Below, piece by piece: positions 39,749 to 52,501 of a DNA stretch of 64,000 nt. Numbering within the stretch: the stretch's first letter is position 1; every line of letters starts with the position of its first letter. Below the pieces are notes generated by a model. It saw nothing but the letters and a program-made list of their open reading frames with translations, was not told where the DNA came from and did not search any database. The translations under genes and the position numbers were made by a program. Source of the stretch: Vermamoeba vermiformis (lineage: Eukaryota); NCBI GenBank assembly GCA_045837725.1, contig JBEWZL010000136.1:62001-126000 (forward strand), written 5' to 3'.

Positions 39749-42700
39749 TTACATATTGCAGTTGAACTGCCGGTCATACATTACATTTAACCTCGCGATA
39801 ATTACATCTAGCGTCAATCGTTTTTGCGGATCTGGATCCCAGCAACCGGTGATTAATTCGGCGTAATCTGCAGGACAACCAGCAGGAATGACTTCGCGAT
39901 TGCCATCAATAACGAACTTTGTTACGTCCCACACGTGATTGAAGGCGGTGTAGGGCTCTTTCTGTGTGATGATAACCCACAGAAGAATGCCGAAGCTGTA
40001 AATGTCCGCTTCTTTGCTGTACCGTTTCTTTTGCAAAATTTCTGGGGCCATGTAAATTGGAGTGCCAACATTTCTTGTGTACGTTTCCATTTTGTCCTCG
40101 GCAAATCTTCTGGCACTTCCAAAGTCACTTAATCGAATCATGTTTTGTGCATTGACATCCGTTGAGGCAATGAGCACGTTATCTGCTTTAATGTCTCTGT
40201 GCAGCACGTTGTTTTTGTGTAAAAAGTTGATCGCTTCAGCTATCTCTAGCACGATCTTCAATTTTGTAGCGTAAGGGATCTTTTTGGTCATAAGCTTCTC
40301 CAAACTGCCGTTGGGTATAAATTCTGTAACTATAGCGAGTTTTCCAGGCAGTTTTGATGCGCCAATGAGTGATACTATTCCAGGATTCTTCAACTCGGAC
40401 AAAAATTGGATCTCGCGTTCAAACTCTTCCATCGTTTTTGGGTCGACCCATTCTTGAAATTTCAGCATTTTCACAGCCACTATGTTGCCGTTGTAATTGC
40501 CTCTGTAAACAACACCAAATCCTCCCTCGCCAATCGGTGCGGAGTCCAAAACAATGTCATCGATATCTATCCAAACAGACGGATTCGTGACGATGTCACA
40601 TGGAATGTAGAAGTGTCTGCCAATGTCTGGCATCTCCACGCCAATTAAGGCTGTGACATTTGTTGCCACGTTCATTTTGAGCTTGAAGTGAACAGCGTCG
40701 TTGTCAGTAGACGAGTCAATAGTGCTAGGCCTGTTAATACGCCATCTGTAGTCTAGTGTCACGTCTTGAGGGGTAGCTGTCAGTGTGCACTTCGGCGTCT
40801 CTGGCAGATGAAATTTCACGGTGAAATTTCGTTCTTTTTTGGACGCATCTAGCAACGGAATTTCCAAGTCTGTTGCTCTTTTCGAGATTCGTTTCTTGGT
40901 TTGTTGTAATGTCGAAAGTGTTGATATTAATCCACCTTGCCACTTGACTTCAATTGTATCAGTATACTCTTCATTGACGTTGAATTTTTGTTGACCGCCA
41001 AAGGTCAAAGCGTGCTTTGAAAATGTTACTGGCAAGTTCTCGAGTTTTCTGCAGAGTTTGGAATCAGCAGGAGCAGTCCACGGTGGCAGTAGTGTGTATT
41101 TGATGTCTTCAATGCCATACGTAGCCTTGTTGAATGAGATTTGGCGTCGTTGGTTCATTTTTCTTCGAACAAAAATGACGGCCAATATGACTCCGACAAT
41201 AAACGCGCCACCAATAAATAATGCAATCAATATAATTGCTTTGGGCGATAGTCTGACACTTAATTCGACTTCATCGGTCCAAATCGAGTCAACGGGATTG
41301 GTCAGCTGAGCTTGGATTGTGTGTCCGTCCATGTCCATATTTGCTTCGAATGTCAAAGTCCGTCCTGTTTCCTGCACAATCAATTATTGATTAACAAAAA
41401 AAGTACCAAAGATTACTTCATATCGTTGCGACTTACGCCTAAAATCTCTTCGCCGTTTCGATACCACTTGTACGTCAGTCGCTCTTCAGGCGTGGCAAGG
41501 ATCGAAAATGTAATGTTTTTGCCCGCATTTACATCTGCTACTGGCTGGCTGAAATGAATCAATTCGGGTTTTCCCAGGATCGTTAGCGTTGTGACTCGAT
41601 GTTCGGAAGGATTTCCTCCTTGACGCAAACTGACTAATACTTTATATTCACCTTCATGCTCAGTGGACACATTGGCGATGGTATAAGAAGTAGAAGAGGC
41701 GCCTGAGGCCGAAAAAATTAGTCGACGAGTTGCTGGCAAAAAAAAAAGGTTGATTTTTACCTGGAATTCCCCTTGCTCCCAGATACCACGCTAATATTAC
41801 ATCCTCGTCCGTGTGAATCTCGACGGATAAACTAACAGTGTCACCAGGGAATGCTCTGACACCTCCTGCATTCGGAGAGCTGACTGAAATGAGAACAACT
41901 TGGATGCGGAACGGGAAGGGGCCAGCAGTCCCGGCAATGTTGTGCATGTACAAGTGATAATCTCCGCTGTGAATGGTGCTGGCTTTGTCTCGTTCGAATA
42001 GTCCCACTGTCGTGTTCTGAATCCAATTGCCGTTCTGTCTCCATTCGTACAAGATTCCATAGCCTTCAGAAGCGACGTTGATGATGATTTGTGAGCCAAC
42101 AAGAACATCGTACAGCGGTCGCAAAGGTTGTCGCAACTTCGGTAAAGTGACAACCACGAGACGAGTTTCTGTGCTAACGGAACCAGACGGGTTGCTGGCA
42201 ATAAGTTTGACGATGGTGTTGTTGAACGCAGGAGTAAGAACAGGCGTAAACCAAAAGGTTTCTAACGAATTGTAAAGGACGACACTGCCGTTGAGCATCC
42301 ACGTGTAGGTCACTGCCACGCCAGTCACCACTGCGCGGAAATATTGCCTTGTGTTCACGGCGGTAGGTTTGATGTCTTCAAATTTGATGATGAATTGGGG
42401 AGGGCTGTGAATGAGAACCAGGGCGACGTTACTTCGGGCAAAGCCTGACGGATTGTGTACCTCTACATAGGCACTGAAAGCGTCCCGAACGTTTGGCACT
42501 TGAATTGTGGAAACGCCATCTTTTTCGCTTACGTTGAACGGACTATCAATGCTTAATTTCCAGAAAAAAGTCAATGCTCTTCCGGTTGCGTGTATGCTGA
42601 GTTCAGCGGTCTCGTTGGCAAATATTGACTGCGGAGTTGGTATTTGTTTGGTGATAACTGGCGCTGGCTCCATGCTAAGTGTAATACTAACTGAGCTAAC

Positions 42701-44684
42701 AAAGCCATTGATATTGTATGCCTCGCACCGCATCACTAGTCCATTGTCGAGGTCGCTTAGAGGCCACATTCGAAGCCGCGAAGACTCCTGCAACATCAGA
42801 TCTGAGCCGCGGAACCAACGATATTGCACTCCTTGGCCTGTCGCATTAACATATAGTATAGGTTGTGTGTCTGGAAAGTAGAAGAACGGAGATTCGGAGT
42901 AACTGACTATTGTCGGTGCAGGCTCGGGACGAATCCAGATCTCGGGACCAAGAGTGACTCCCGACGGGTTTCGAGCTTCAAGCTGATACATCGTTGACAC
43001 AAGACTCGGGTCTAGTTGTACTTCAAGAGTGCTTTCGTCGAGTCCAACAGTGTCGTTAAATCGGATCCAGCGAAATGACAGTTCTTCACCAACGACTTCC
43101 ATATCAAGCAACAAGGTCTGATTCAATAGCATGTAATACTCCATCATGTCGTAGTTGCCGAAGGACGGTTTTGGCTTGAATTCAATTGGCATTGGACTGG
43201 ACTCGACAAACCCATTCGGATTCGATACTCTTGCTACCACTTGCGTCAAGTTCTCGGAAAATTGTCCAGCTCGAAGTTGCACGACAGTAAGTCCAGTCAA
43301 GTTCTCGTACTTAGTGCCATCGATAATCCATTCGTATTGCAGGCGTTGTCCGAGTGCTGCGACGGAGAAGATGACGTCTTGGCCAGGAAAAACTGGGCCT
43401 GGTACTACTGACGTTGACACTATTTCTGGAATTGGATGTGCTAGAATAACACTAGGCTCCGACCGCAAGGTAAGACCGTCCGTATTGACGCTGACTATGT
43501 ATTGTGTGCCATTATCCGCGAGTCCAAAATCGGTAATATCGATGCCTGAAGAAGTCTCTGCTGGAATAGGGTCGCCGTTTCTGTACCATTGATAGAATAC
43601 CTCGAAATCTCCTTCTGTAGTAAAGCTTAATAGTCGTGCTTCGTCAAAAAAAGTGTAGGACTTACTCAGGACTTGTATGTCGAGACGAATCGAATCACCG
43701 ACAAACAGGAAGCTCTCGCTGGGCGGGTTCTTAACAATTGCAAAGGGCTTGGTGGACAGCATGATGCTTAACTCCGTGCTTTGTCCGCATGCGTCTTCAA
43801 TTTTGATTGAATATTGGCCATAATCTCGCGCTTCAAAATTCGGGAAGTAGAATGAATCTGCTTGCGCGAGAAGCGTGCCTGCTTTGAACCATGAGAATTG
43901 AAGATCCAGCCCAGTAGCGTTAATGCTTAAAGTGAATGGCTGTCCTACTACCGCTAATCCAGGATTAAATTGTTGAACGACAACAGGTGGACAAACACGA
44001 AGAGTAGCAGCGTTGGATGTGATTGATGTCTGACATCCGTCTTCAACTCGAACAGAATACAAGCCACTATGCATTGGTTGTGCTGAAGATATCGTGTAGA
44101 TCGCTTGGTTTGCGTTAGCGATTGGTTGGTTGTCCAGTAGCCATTGAAGCGAGATTTGAGTTCCAGATGCGCCAATCCAAAACTGGACGTCAGTTCCAGC
44201 GACTACGAAAGCACTTTCAGGTTGATTTTCTATTACCAACGGAGAACAAAATGTAAACATTGGTGAATAGGCAACAGCGCGTCTGCATCTGGTAGGTAGG
44301 CCGCTGGCAGAATTGAGCTGTAGTCTTATTCGACCAGACGAGGCCAGCGACGTTGTTATCCATTGAAATGACGATTCTCCAAAAGCGCCTGACCCCAGTC
44401 TAATGCACCCTTCGGTTTGAGTGCCTGGACAGAATTGGATTTCGACTATGTTCGGGGAGCAGACCGGAAACATCGTCCAGCGCCATTGAATATTTATTGG
44501 CTGTCCCACTGTTATTGATCCACCATTCGGACTAGTAACAAAGTCCGCTATTTCAAGGATCTGGCCTATTAAATAATTAAAATAAATAAATTTAATAATT
44601 ATGATTCTATTGTTTCTTACATTCGCCAGCACCAAATAATAATATCACCGCATACAAAAATATGCAAGAATATTTGGCTTCCAT
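39749..44684 (-). CDS. Receptor kinase: signal peptide, ~10 Ig-like repeats, TM, juxtamembrane domain, TKL kinase; paralog A
   Basis: Signal exon MEAKYSCIFLYAVILLFGAGE; Ig I-set-like repeats (LQWLLDNQPI...SGLYSVRV); TM AIILIALFIGGAFIVGVILAVIFV-RRK; GEGGFG, VAVK, HRDIKADN, DFG, GTPIYMAPE, CW...P.KR. Confidence 0.9.
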
Positions 44685-44857
44685 TGAGGACTTCTGCACG
44701 CAAAGAACATTCTAACTGAAGAATAAATCTTGGTGACGAGTTGACAGCGGAGAAACACCGCATTGAATATCGCCATGAAACTTCCCAAGTTCCGCGAGTA
44801 TCGATCTGTCTTCATTTAAGCGTGCTTGAGACATTGTTTGAGAGAACCAAAAAAAGG

Positions 44858-47800
44858 TCAATTTATTACGAACTGCTGTTTCAGCATTTTGTCTAATTTT
44901 TCAATGACTACAGGTAGTGGTGTTCGTTTTTCAGGCTCGTGTGTCCAGCAGCCAGTAATCAACTCAGCGTAGTCTGCAGGACAACCAGCGGGAATGACTT
45001 CACGTTGGCCGGCCGCTACAAAGTTTTCCATCTCCAATTTGCTATTGAAGGCAGCGTAGGGTTGTTGTTGCGTAATAATGACCCACAGCAAGATACCAAA
45101 GCTGTAAATGTCCGCTTCTTTGCTATAGTTCTTTTTTATCGTTACTTCTGGGGCCATGTAGATTGGCGTGCCAACGTTTCTGGTAAACTGTTCCATTTCT
45201 TCCTCGCCAAATCTTCTTGCACAACCAAAATCGCTCAAGCGAATCATGTTTGACGAGTTCACATCGAGAGATTCCACGAGCACGTTATCAGCTTTGATGT
45301 CGCGATGAAGCACGTTGTTTTGGTGAAGAAAATGAATCGCTTTTGCCACCTCCAACGCGATCTGCAATTTCGTCGCGTAAGGTAATTTCTTCGCCATCCA
45401 TCTTTCCAAACTTCCATTTGCAAGATACTCTGTAACTATAGCGAGTTTTCCAGGCAGTTTTGATGCACCAATGAGTGACACTATTCCAGGATTCTTCAAC
45501 TCGGACAAAAATTGTATCTCTTTCTCAAAACCTTTCATCTTTTTTGGTTCAAGGTCTTGACATTTCAGCATCTTCACAGCCACTATATTGCCGTTGTAAT
45601 TGCCTCTGTAAACAACACCAAATCCTCCCTCGCCAATCGGTGCTGAGTCCAAAACGATATCATCAACATCGATCCAAATAGAAGGATTTGCGACGATGTC
45701 ACAAGGAATGTAGAAGTGCTTGCCTATCTCAGGCATTTCTACGCCGATCAAGGCAGTCGCATTTGTTGACACGTTGAGTTCCAGCTTGAATTGGACTGTG
45801 TCATCGGCAGTGGCATTTGAATCGTAAACGCTTGGTCGGCTTGCTCTCCAACGGTGGTCTAGGACAACTTCATCAGGATGAGCAGTGAGCTGAAGTTTTT
45901 GCGTCCGTGGTGGATGGAATATTATTGGAAAGTTGCCGCCTTTCTTCGAGGCATCCATCAGTGGGATGTTCAGATCTGTTGTCTTTGACAGTGTTTTTTT
46001 GCTCTGATGCAACGTTGATATTGCTAACTTGAATCCGCCTTGCCACTTCACTTCAATTGTGTCCGTATATTCCTGATTGACGTTGAATTTCGTTTCTCCT
46101 CCGAACGTCAACCGGGTCTTTGAAAAAGTGACAGGGAGGAGGTCAAGTTTGGTGGCTAGCTTCGATTCTACAGGCGCTTTCCAAGTCGGTAACAATCGGT
46201 ACTTGAAATCGTCAATGCCGTATGTAGCCTTGTTGTACGTGATTTGACGTCGTTGATTAATTTTTCTTCGTACGAAAATGATAGTGAGAATGACGCCAGC
46301 AATGAGAGCACCGCCAACAAACACAACAATCATAGATATCGTTGCATCTGATATGCGAACACGTAATTTAACTGGCTCACTCGTAAGCGAGTCTGCTGGG
46401 TTCGTTAGCTCAACGCTGATTAGATCTCCATTCATGGCATAGCTGGCTTCAAACGTCAAAACTCTGCCCGTTTCCTATTCAATGATTAATTGCTGCACTT
46501 TTATGTTTTTCAATTACAACTTACTGCTTCAATTGGCTCACCATTACGTAGCCATTGATAAGTTATTCGATCATTTGGAGTAGCCGTCGCGGACAAGGTG
46601 ACGATGTTTCCTGATTGGACGTCGTACACTGGTTGATTATAAATGGGTTGTTGAAGAACTGGGCCTCCAAGAATTGCGACTGTAGTTACTGATCGCTTCA
46701 CGTACGAGCCTCGGTTTCTGTTATGACCGATGTAGATCTCATAGTGTCCACTATTGGCATTAGAGACATTGGCTAGTGTCAGAGACGTGTCGTGTGCTCC
46801 TAGTGAAGTGAACGCATGAGTTAATGCACGCTAGTAAACAATTTGTTTCCGGTTACCTTCAATCTCCTCGTTTTCGCGGTACCACTGGATTTCTAAGACG
46901 TCATACCTCTTCGTTGAAAGCGTGACACTGAGAGTGAGAGCTTCTCCTTCAAACACGTTGCTGTTGGTACCGTTGAGCGATTGAACTTGGAGTTGAACAA
47001 CGACAACACGGAACTCGTAGGGTCCCGTCGAGCCAGCGAGGTTGTGCATATAAAGCTGATACTTTCCGCTCATTCTAAAACCCACTTCTGAAATTTCCAA
47101 AGGACCAGTGTTGTTCGTTAAGAAAGTGCCGTTGTGTCTCCATTCGTACGTCACACCAAAGTCGTTCGAGTCCACATTGACTATCAAACTTGTAGTCACC
47201 AATACTTCGTAAACTTTTTGTAAAGGTGTTTGTAATGTCGGTTTGGTAACAACTATTATCATTAATTGATCTGAAACAGAACCAGATGGATTGCTAGCTG
47301 TCACCTTCACGTATGTACCGTTGTACTGCAATCCAACTCTGGTCACTTGAAAAGTAGCTGCGGCATCAGCCAAGACTACACTATCATTGACGCTCCATGT
47401 GTAGGTCACTCCAGTGCCAAGTGCATTAGCCTGTAATAGTAATGTACTGTTGACGGGGATGGGGAAGATCGTGGGAAATCGTCTAACAAAATCTGGGGGG
47501 GGATGAATAAGTACGAAGGCAGTGTTGCTCACAACAGAACCTGAGGGATTTTGCACACGAACAATCGCGTTAAATCTCGTGACAACATTTGGCACTTCGA
47601 TAGTTGAGCGATCAGCTGTTTTCGGCACGAAGTTGAGTGCTGGCTGCAATATCCATGTGTATGTTAAGTTGTTGCCCAGTGCTTGAATGCTCAGCTCAGC
47701 GGACCGGTTCATAAAGACTGATATTGGTGTTGGCATCTGTTGCACGATTACGGGAGCAGGTTCCAGCTTCAAGGTGAAATTCACTGAGCTTGAAAAGCCA

Positions 47801-49789
47801 TTGACATTGTATGCTTCGCCACGTATAACTAGTCCGTTGTCTTGCCCGCTCAAGGGCCACAACATGAGCTCAGGCGAGTCTTTGAAATACTGAAACTCGG
47901 AGCCACGGAACCATCTATATTGCACTCCTTGGCCAGTCGCATTGATGTATAACACGGGCGACTGGTCAACGAAGTAGAAGAGGGGCGATTCTGAGTGGCC
48001 CGTGATCTCGGGCGCTGGTTCAGGATGAACCCACATTACAGGACCAACTGTCGAGCCTGTTGGGTTGATGGCCTCTAATTGGTAACTCGTTGATACTATA
48101 GCGGGGTCCAACTGCACTTCTAACGTGGTTTCATTGCGTTGAATGATCGTGTTATTGTTTTTGATCCACCGGAAAGACAGGTCTTCGCCCACCACAAGAT
48201 TCGTCAAGTCCAACGTGATGGTCTGATTTAGCAGCGCAAAATACTCGAAAGGATTATCCGCAAGGAATTCTGGTGGTGGCTTGATAATAAGCTTCATTGG
48301 CTCGGAGTCCACAAACCCATTAGGATTAGAGACTCGGACAATTATTTCCGCAGAGCTGGTGAGGTCTGTTGCTGTTACTTGCATAGATGTAAGTCCAGTT
48401 GCTCGCTCTTCCAAAACTCCATTAATGAGCCATTCGTATTGCAAGCTCTCGCCGATAGCAACGACCGAGAAAGTCACATTTTGCATTGGCCACACTGATG
48501 CTGGATCTACCGAGAGCGACGATATAACAGGCGAAGGATAGGCTAGAATAGTACTAACATCTGATGTGATAGTATGGCCGTTTGCACTGACGCTAACGAC
48601 GTAGTGTGTGTCATTGTCGGCGAAACTAAAATCCGTTAAGTTGTAGCTTGGCGTGTTTGCTCCTCTGATGGGAATGCCTTCTCTACACCATTGATAATTG
48701 ACGTCGAAGTTCCCTTCTGAGTTAAATAGATTAGAACGGAAAGTACTGAAAACTTGTCTTACTTAACACTCGAACATCCAGCTGGATCGAGTCACCAAGA
48801 AACAGAAAAACTTCGCTTGGCGGGTTTGCAATTATAGCAAATGGCGAACTATACAGCACTATTTGTAGCTCCGTATGTTGTTCGCATGCAGCCTCAATTC
48901 TTACGGAATATTCGCCGTAATCTGCGGGCTGAAAGTTTGCAAAGTTTAAAGAATTGGCTCGGGAGATTATTCTTCCTTCTTTGCTCCAAATGAATTGAAG
49001 ATCAGGCCCAGTGGCGTCTACCTGCAAGGTAAATGGCCTTCCAACTTCCGCTTGCAAAATAGGACTGAATTGACGAATTACAAGGGGCGGACAAACCCTG
49101 AGCGTAGCAGCGTTGGATGTGACACTTGCTTGACAGGCATCGTGAAGGCGAACGGAATATTGGCCACCATTGACAAGCTGAACAGATGGTATCGTATATG
49201 TGGGCTGCCTAGCACCAGCTATCGGTTGGCCGTTAAACAGCCATTGATAGGAGAGCTGAGATCCAGATGCGCCGACCAAAAATTGAACTGGATGGCCAAT
49301 CAAAGATTGTGCATTATTAGGGTGCTGACCAATTAACAAGGGTAGACAACGTAGATTAAAGACGGGAGAAAAGGGTCCTGATGAGAAGAAAGGAGTACGG
49401 CACTTGGTACCTAAAAGAGCAATGGGCTTTTTGTATTGAAGGCTAAAACGTCCATCTCCAATTCTATCTACATTCCATTGAAACTCCGTGACCGCCGTTG
49501 AAAGACCAGCAGCAATTATTGAGCATCCTTGTGTTTGTGTGCCGGGACAAAACTGGATTTGATAACCAGCGCAAACAGGAAATGCCCATCGCCATCTCAA
49601 TTGAATAGATTGCCCAAGGGTAACTATTCCGCCGTTAGGGGTAACAGTAAGTTCCTGACCTATTCAAATAAATATTGGTATCAACAACAAAAAGAAACGG
49701 GCTTTTATTTGCTTACCAATTGACTCGCCAAAGTAAATTGGCAACAATAATATTAATATGCCAAAGTATTTTGCTTTTGCGGTCTTCAT
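44858..49789 (-). CDS. Ig-repeat receptor TKL kinase, paralog B
   Basis: Signal exon MKTAKAKYFGILILLLPIYFGES; same exon structure and domain order as paralog A; intact kinase motifs. Confidence 0.9.
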
Positions 49790-49968
49790 TGCATTATCAA
49801 AACTAAAGAATAAATCTTGGTGATGTGAGTGACGAGTGACAGCGGCAAAATCCCGACCCAGGCTGAAATTTCTTTGTATTGCTTCCGTTGCGTTCTAATT
49901 ATAAGCGAGTGCTAAAATGTCGAATGGAACAAGTTCGAGCCCACTTATGCACTTTTTGTCGGAGTTAA

Positions 49969-52225
49969 CTACTTGACTACGTGGTGCTCGAGACATTGTT
50001 TGAGAGTGTCGATAGAGCACGGTTTCATCAAGAAGTCATCCATTCCTGCTTTCAGTGCCATTGTTCTCTTCTCTTCCACTGCGTGTGCTGTCAGCGCTAC
50101 TATCGGCGTTGCCACGCCCATTTCACGAAGCTCTGCTGCTGCCTCAATGCCATCTACAAGGTTAAAATAAGTATTATAGTCATCGCATTGCCTTCTGTAC
50201 CTTTGACAGGCATCTCCAAGTCCAATAAGATGATGTCATACTTTGGTCGAGGTGTCAACTTCATCTTCTCAACTGCGATCTGACCATTCGATGCCACGTC
50301 AACGTCACAGCCAAGCTTTTGCAATTGCCCCCTATATAACATATGTTACTCACTATGTTTATCTTTTTAGTAACGTTGGCTTACTTGATGACGACTTGGT
50401 TGATTGGATTGTCTTCCACAAGTAGAATGCTCTGCGACCCATCACCAATAGTAACAAACAACGATTCGGCATTTTCACTTGGTGTTACTACAACTGTGGT
50501 GCCGCCATCGTCGTCGATTGGAATCCAGAAAGTGAAGTGACTTCCTTTGTCTTGTCCATCACTATAAACTGAGGTGAGCACGTGTCTTATACCAAAACGG
50601 GCACGTACCTTCGAACGCTGATTGCACCTTGCATGAGCTTTGCCAACAGCAAGCATATGTTCAATCCAAGCCCTGTGCCACCAACGACTTGACCGTTCTT
50701 CTTCAACGATGCTTGTTCGAATGCTGAGAAGATTGACTCGAAGTCTTGAGTGTTGATGCCAACGCCTGTGTCCGTCACTGAAAATCGAACGAACTGCCCT
50801 GCACTCGACCAGTCTTTGGTCATTGTGTTTGGTGCATTCAATGCGTTGGTGATCCCGTCTCTCGTGTCAACATCAACGCGAAGTGAGATCGATCCTTCGT
50901 TCGTGAACTTGACTGCATTCGAAAGCAAGTTGACGAGTATTTGTTTGATCTTCACTTTGTCATTCTTGATTGACTTGGGAACGAGAGGAGATACCTCTGC
51001 CGTGAAGTTAAGTAATTTCTTTTGGCTCAATAGAGGAGAAACAACTCGTGCCGCCTCTTCAACGAGCTCTCTCAGTTTGATCTTTTCGGTAATTAGCTTC
51101 ATCTTTCCTGCTTCGATCTAAGCAATGGTTAATGAGCAGGTGCCAAGTTACACGTGTCTCGTTATTACGTATCAAGTCACATACCTTTGAGAAGTCGAGA
51201 ATGTCATTGATCACTTGCAAAAGGTTGGTCGAGCACGACCTGGCGATGTTAATCAACTTGACGTATTCATCAGTCAATGGCGCGAACTTGAGAATGTCGA
51301 TTGCTCCGATGATGCCTGATAACGGCGTTCTGAAGAAGTCAGTGACACGTGCCATTGACATGAAGATGAAGCGGAATAATCCGCTGCAAGGAATTTACAC
51401 TTACCTTAGCTCGTGGCTCATTCTGCATACAAACTCGTTCTTCAACTTATCCGCTTTTTCAAGCCGATGCAATGCCTCGCTGAATTTCAGTAAGTTGAAG
51501 ATCATAAACATTCCCTCCGTTATTAATCGATTTATGTAAGCCTGCCTAAACAATCAAAATTATTGCAATGTTTGCGGTTAATAATTCCAAGCAACCTACC
51601 AGAGAGGATAGAGATCGCGATCGGGTGCCAATTTTTGTTGATTGAGCATGAAAACGTATCCCATTATTAAATTGCTTATCATGCCAACTACCACGCCTTC
51701 TACACCTAAAATTCTTGCATTAACGAAAAAACGTGTGATCGGAGTAAGGCCGTACCTAAGGCGAGACCATCAACAATCAAATACGCTGAGCTTTGCATTA
51801 CAAATACATCAAATCCACTTTCAGATGGTGTATTTAAATACGCAAATATCCCTATAATGGTAAAACACGTGAACGCTGCTTTTCGTTCGGAATCCGTAAC
51901 GCAAAATAGGTATATTATAAGCGCACTGACAAAAGGTGCTGCTAATGAACTCGCTCGGTAAGGTCCACCCATTGTATAAGTAAAACCTGAATTTTTAAAA
52001 AAATAATTAAAACTTGAAATTGTTATTAAGCTTCAATGATAGCCCTTGTTTACCTGATAATATCAAAATAAATTGCAATATTCCAAATAAAAAGAAGCGA
52101 TAAAAGGCTCGTATAAATAAATCAGCTTTGGCAATGCTAGATCCGCCAACCCGTTTCGGTCTCCAAACATTGGTCGTGATCCATGACACAACGAAGTCTT
52201 CTTGATCCCGAAACCAGTTGCTCAT
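49969..52225 (-). CDS. Multi-TM hybrid histidine kinase, paralog 3
   Basis: WRPKRVGGSSIAKAD; FCVTDSERKA; FVCRMSHELR/TPLSGIIG; NLLSNAVKFT; GGTGLG; LLVEDN; LLDLEMPVK; MKPCS. Confidence 0.88.
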
Positions 52226-52501
52226 CGTAGCATTGAAATTAAAAATAACACAATTTCACGTTTGATTAATTTTGTGGATTTACTTTCTGCCAAAAAAGGC
52301 GTTGAAATCGAATATCAGCAACTTTCTTTAAACAACATTATCTTAAATGTTACGACGAAATGTTGCAACGACATAAAAGTGCTACCTTCAGTAGCAACGT
52401 GGCTTCTTCGGCGCTTTCGGAGCTATTTTTGTGACCAATAAAACTTTTCGTGAATGGATGCTGGCCGTCGACGCAACTCCGAAGCCTTTCATAAAAAGAG
52501 A

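Noticed and set aside
41699-41761. Apparent frameshift at the poly-A run between ORFs 41660-44635 and 41413-41739
   Set aside because: Explained by a GT-AG intron on the minus strand (gtaaaaatc...ggcctcag).
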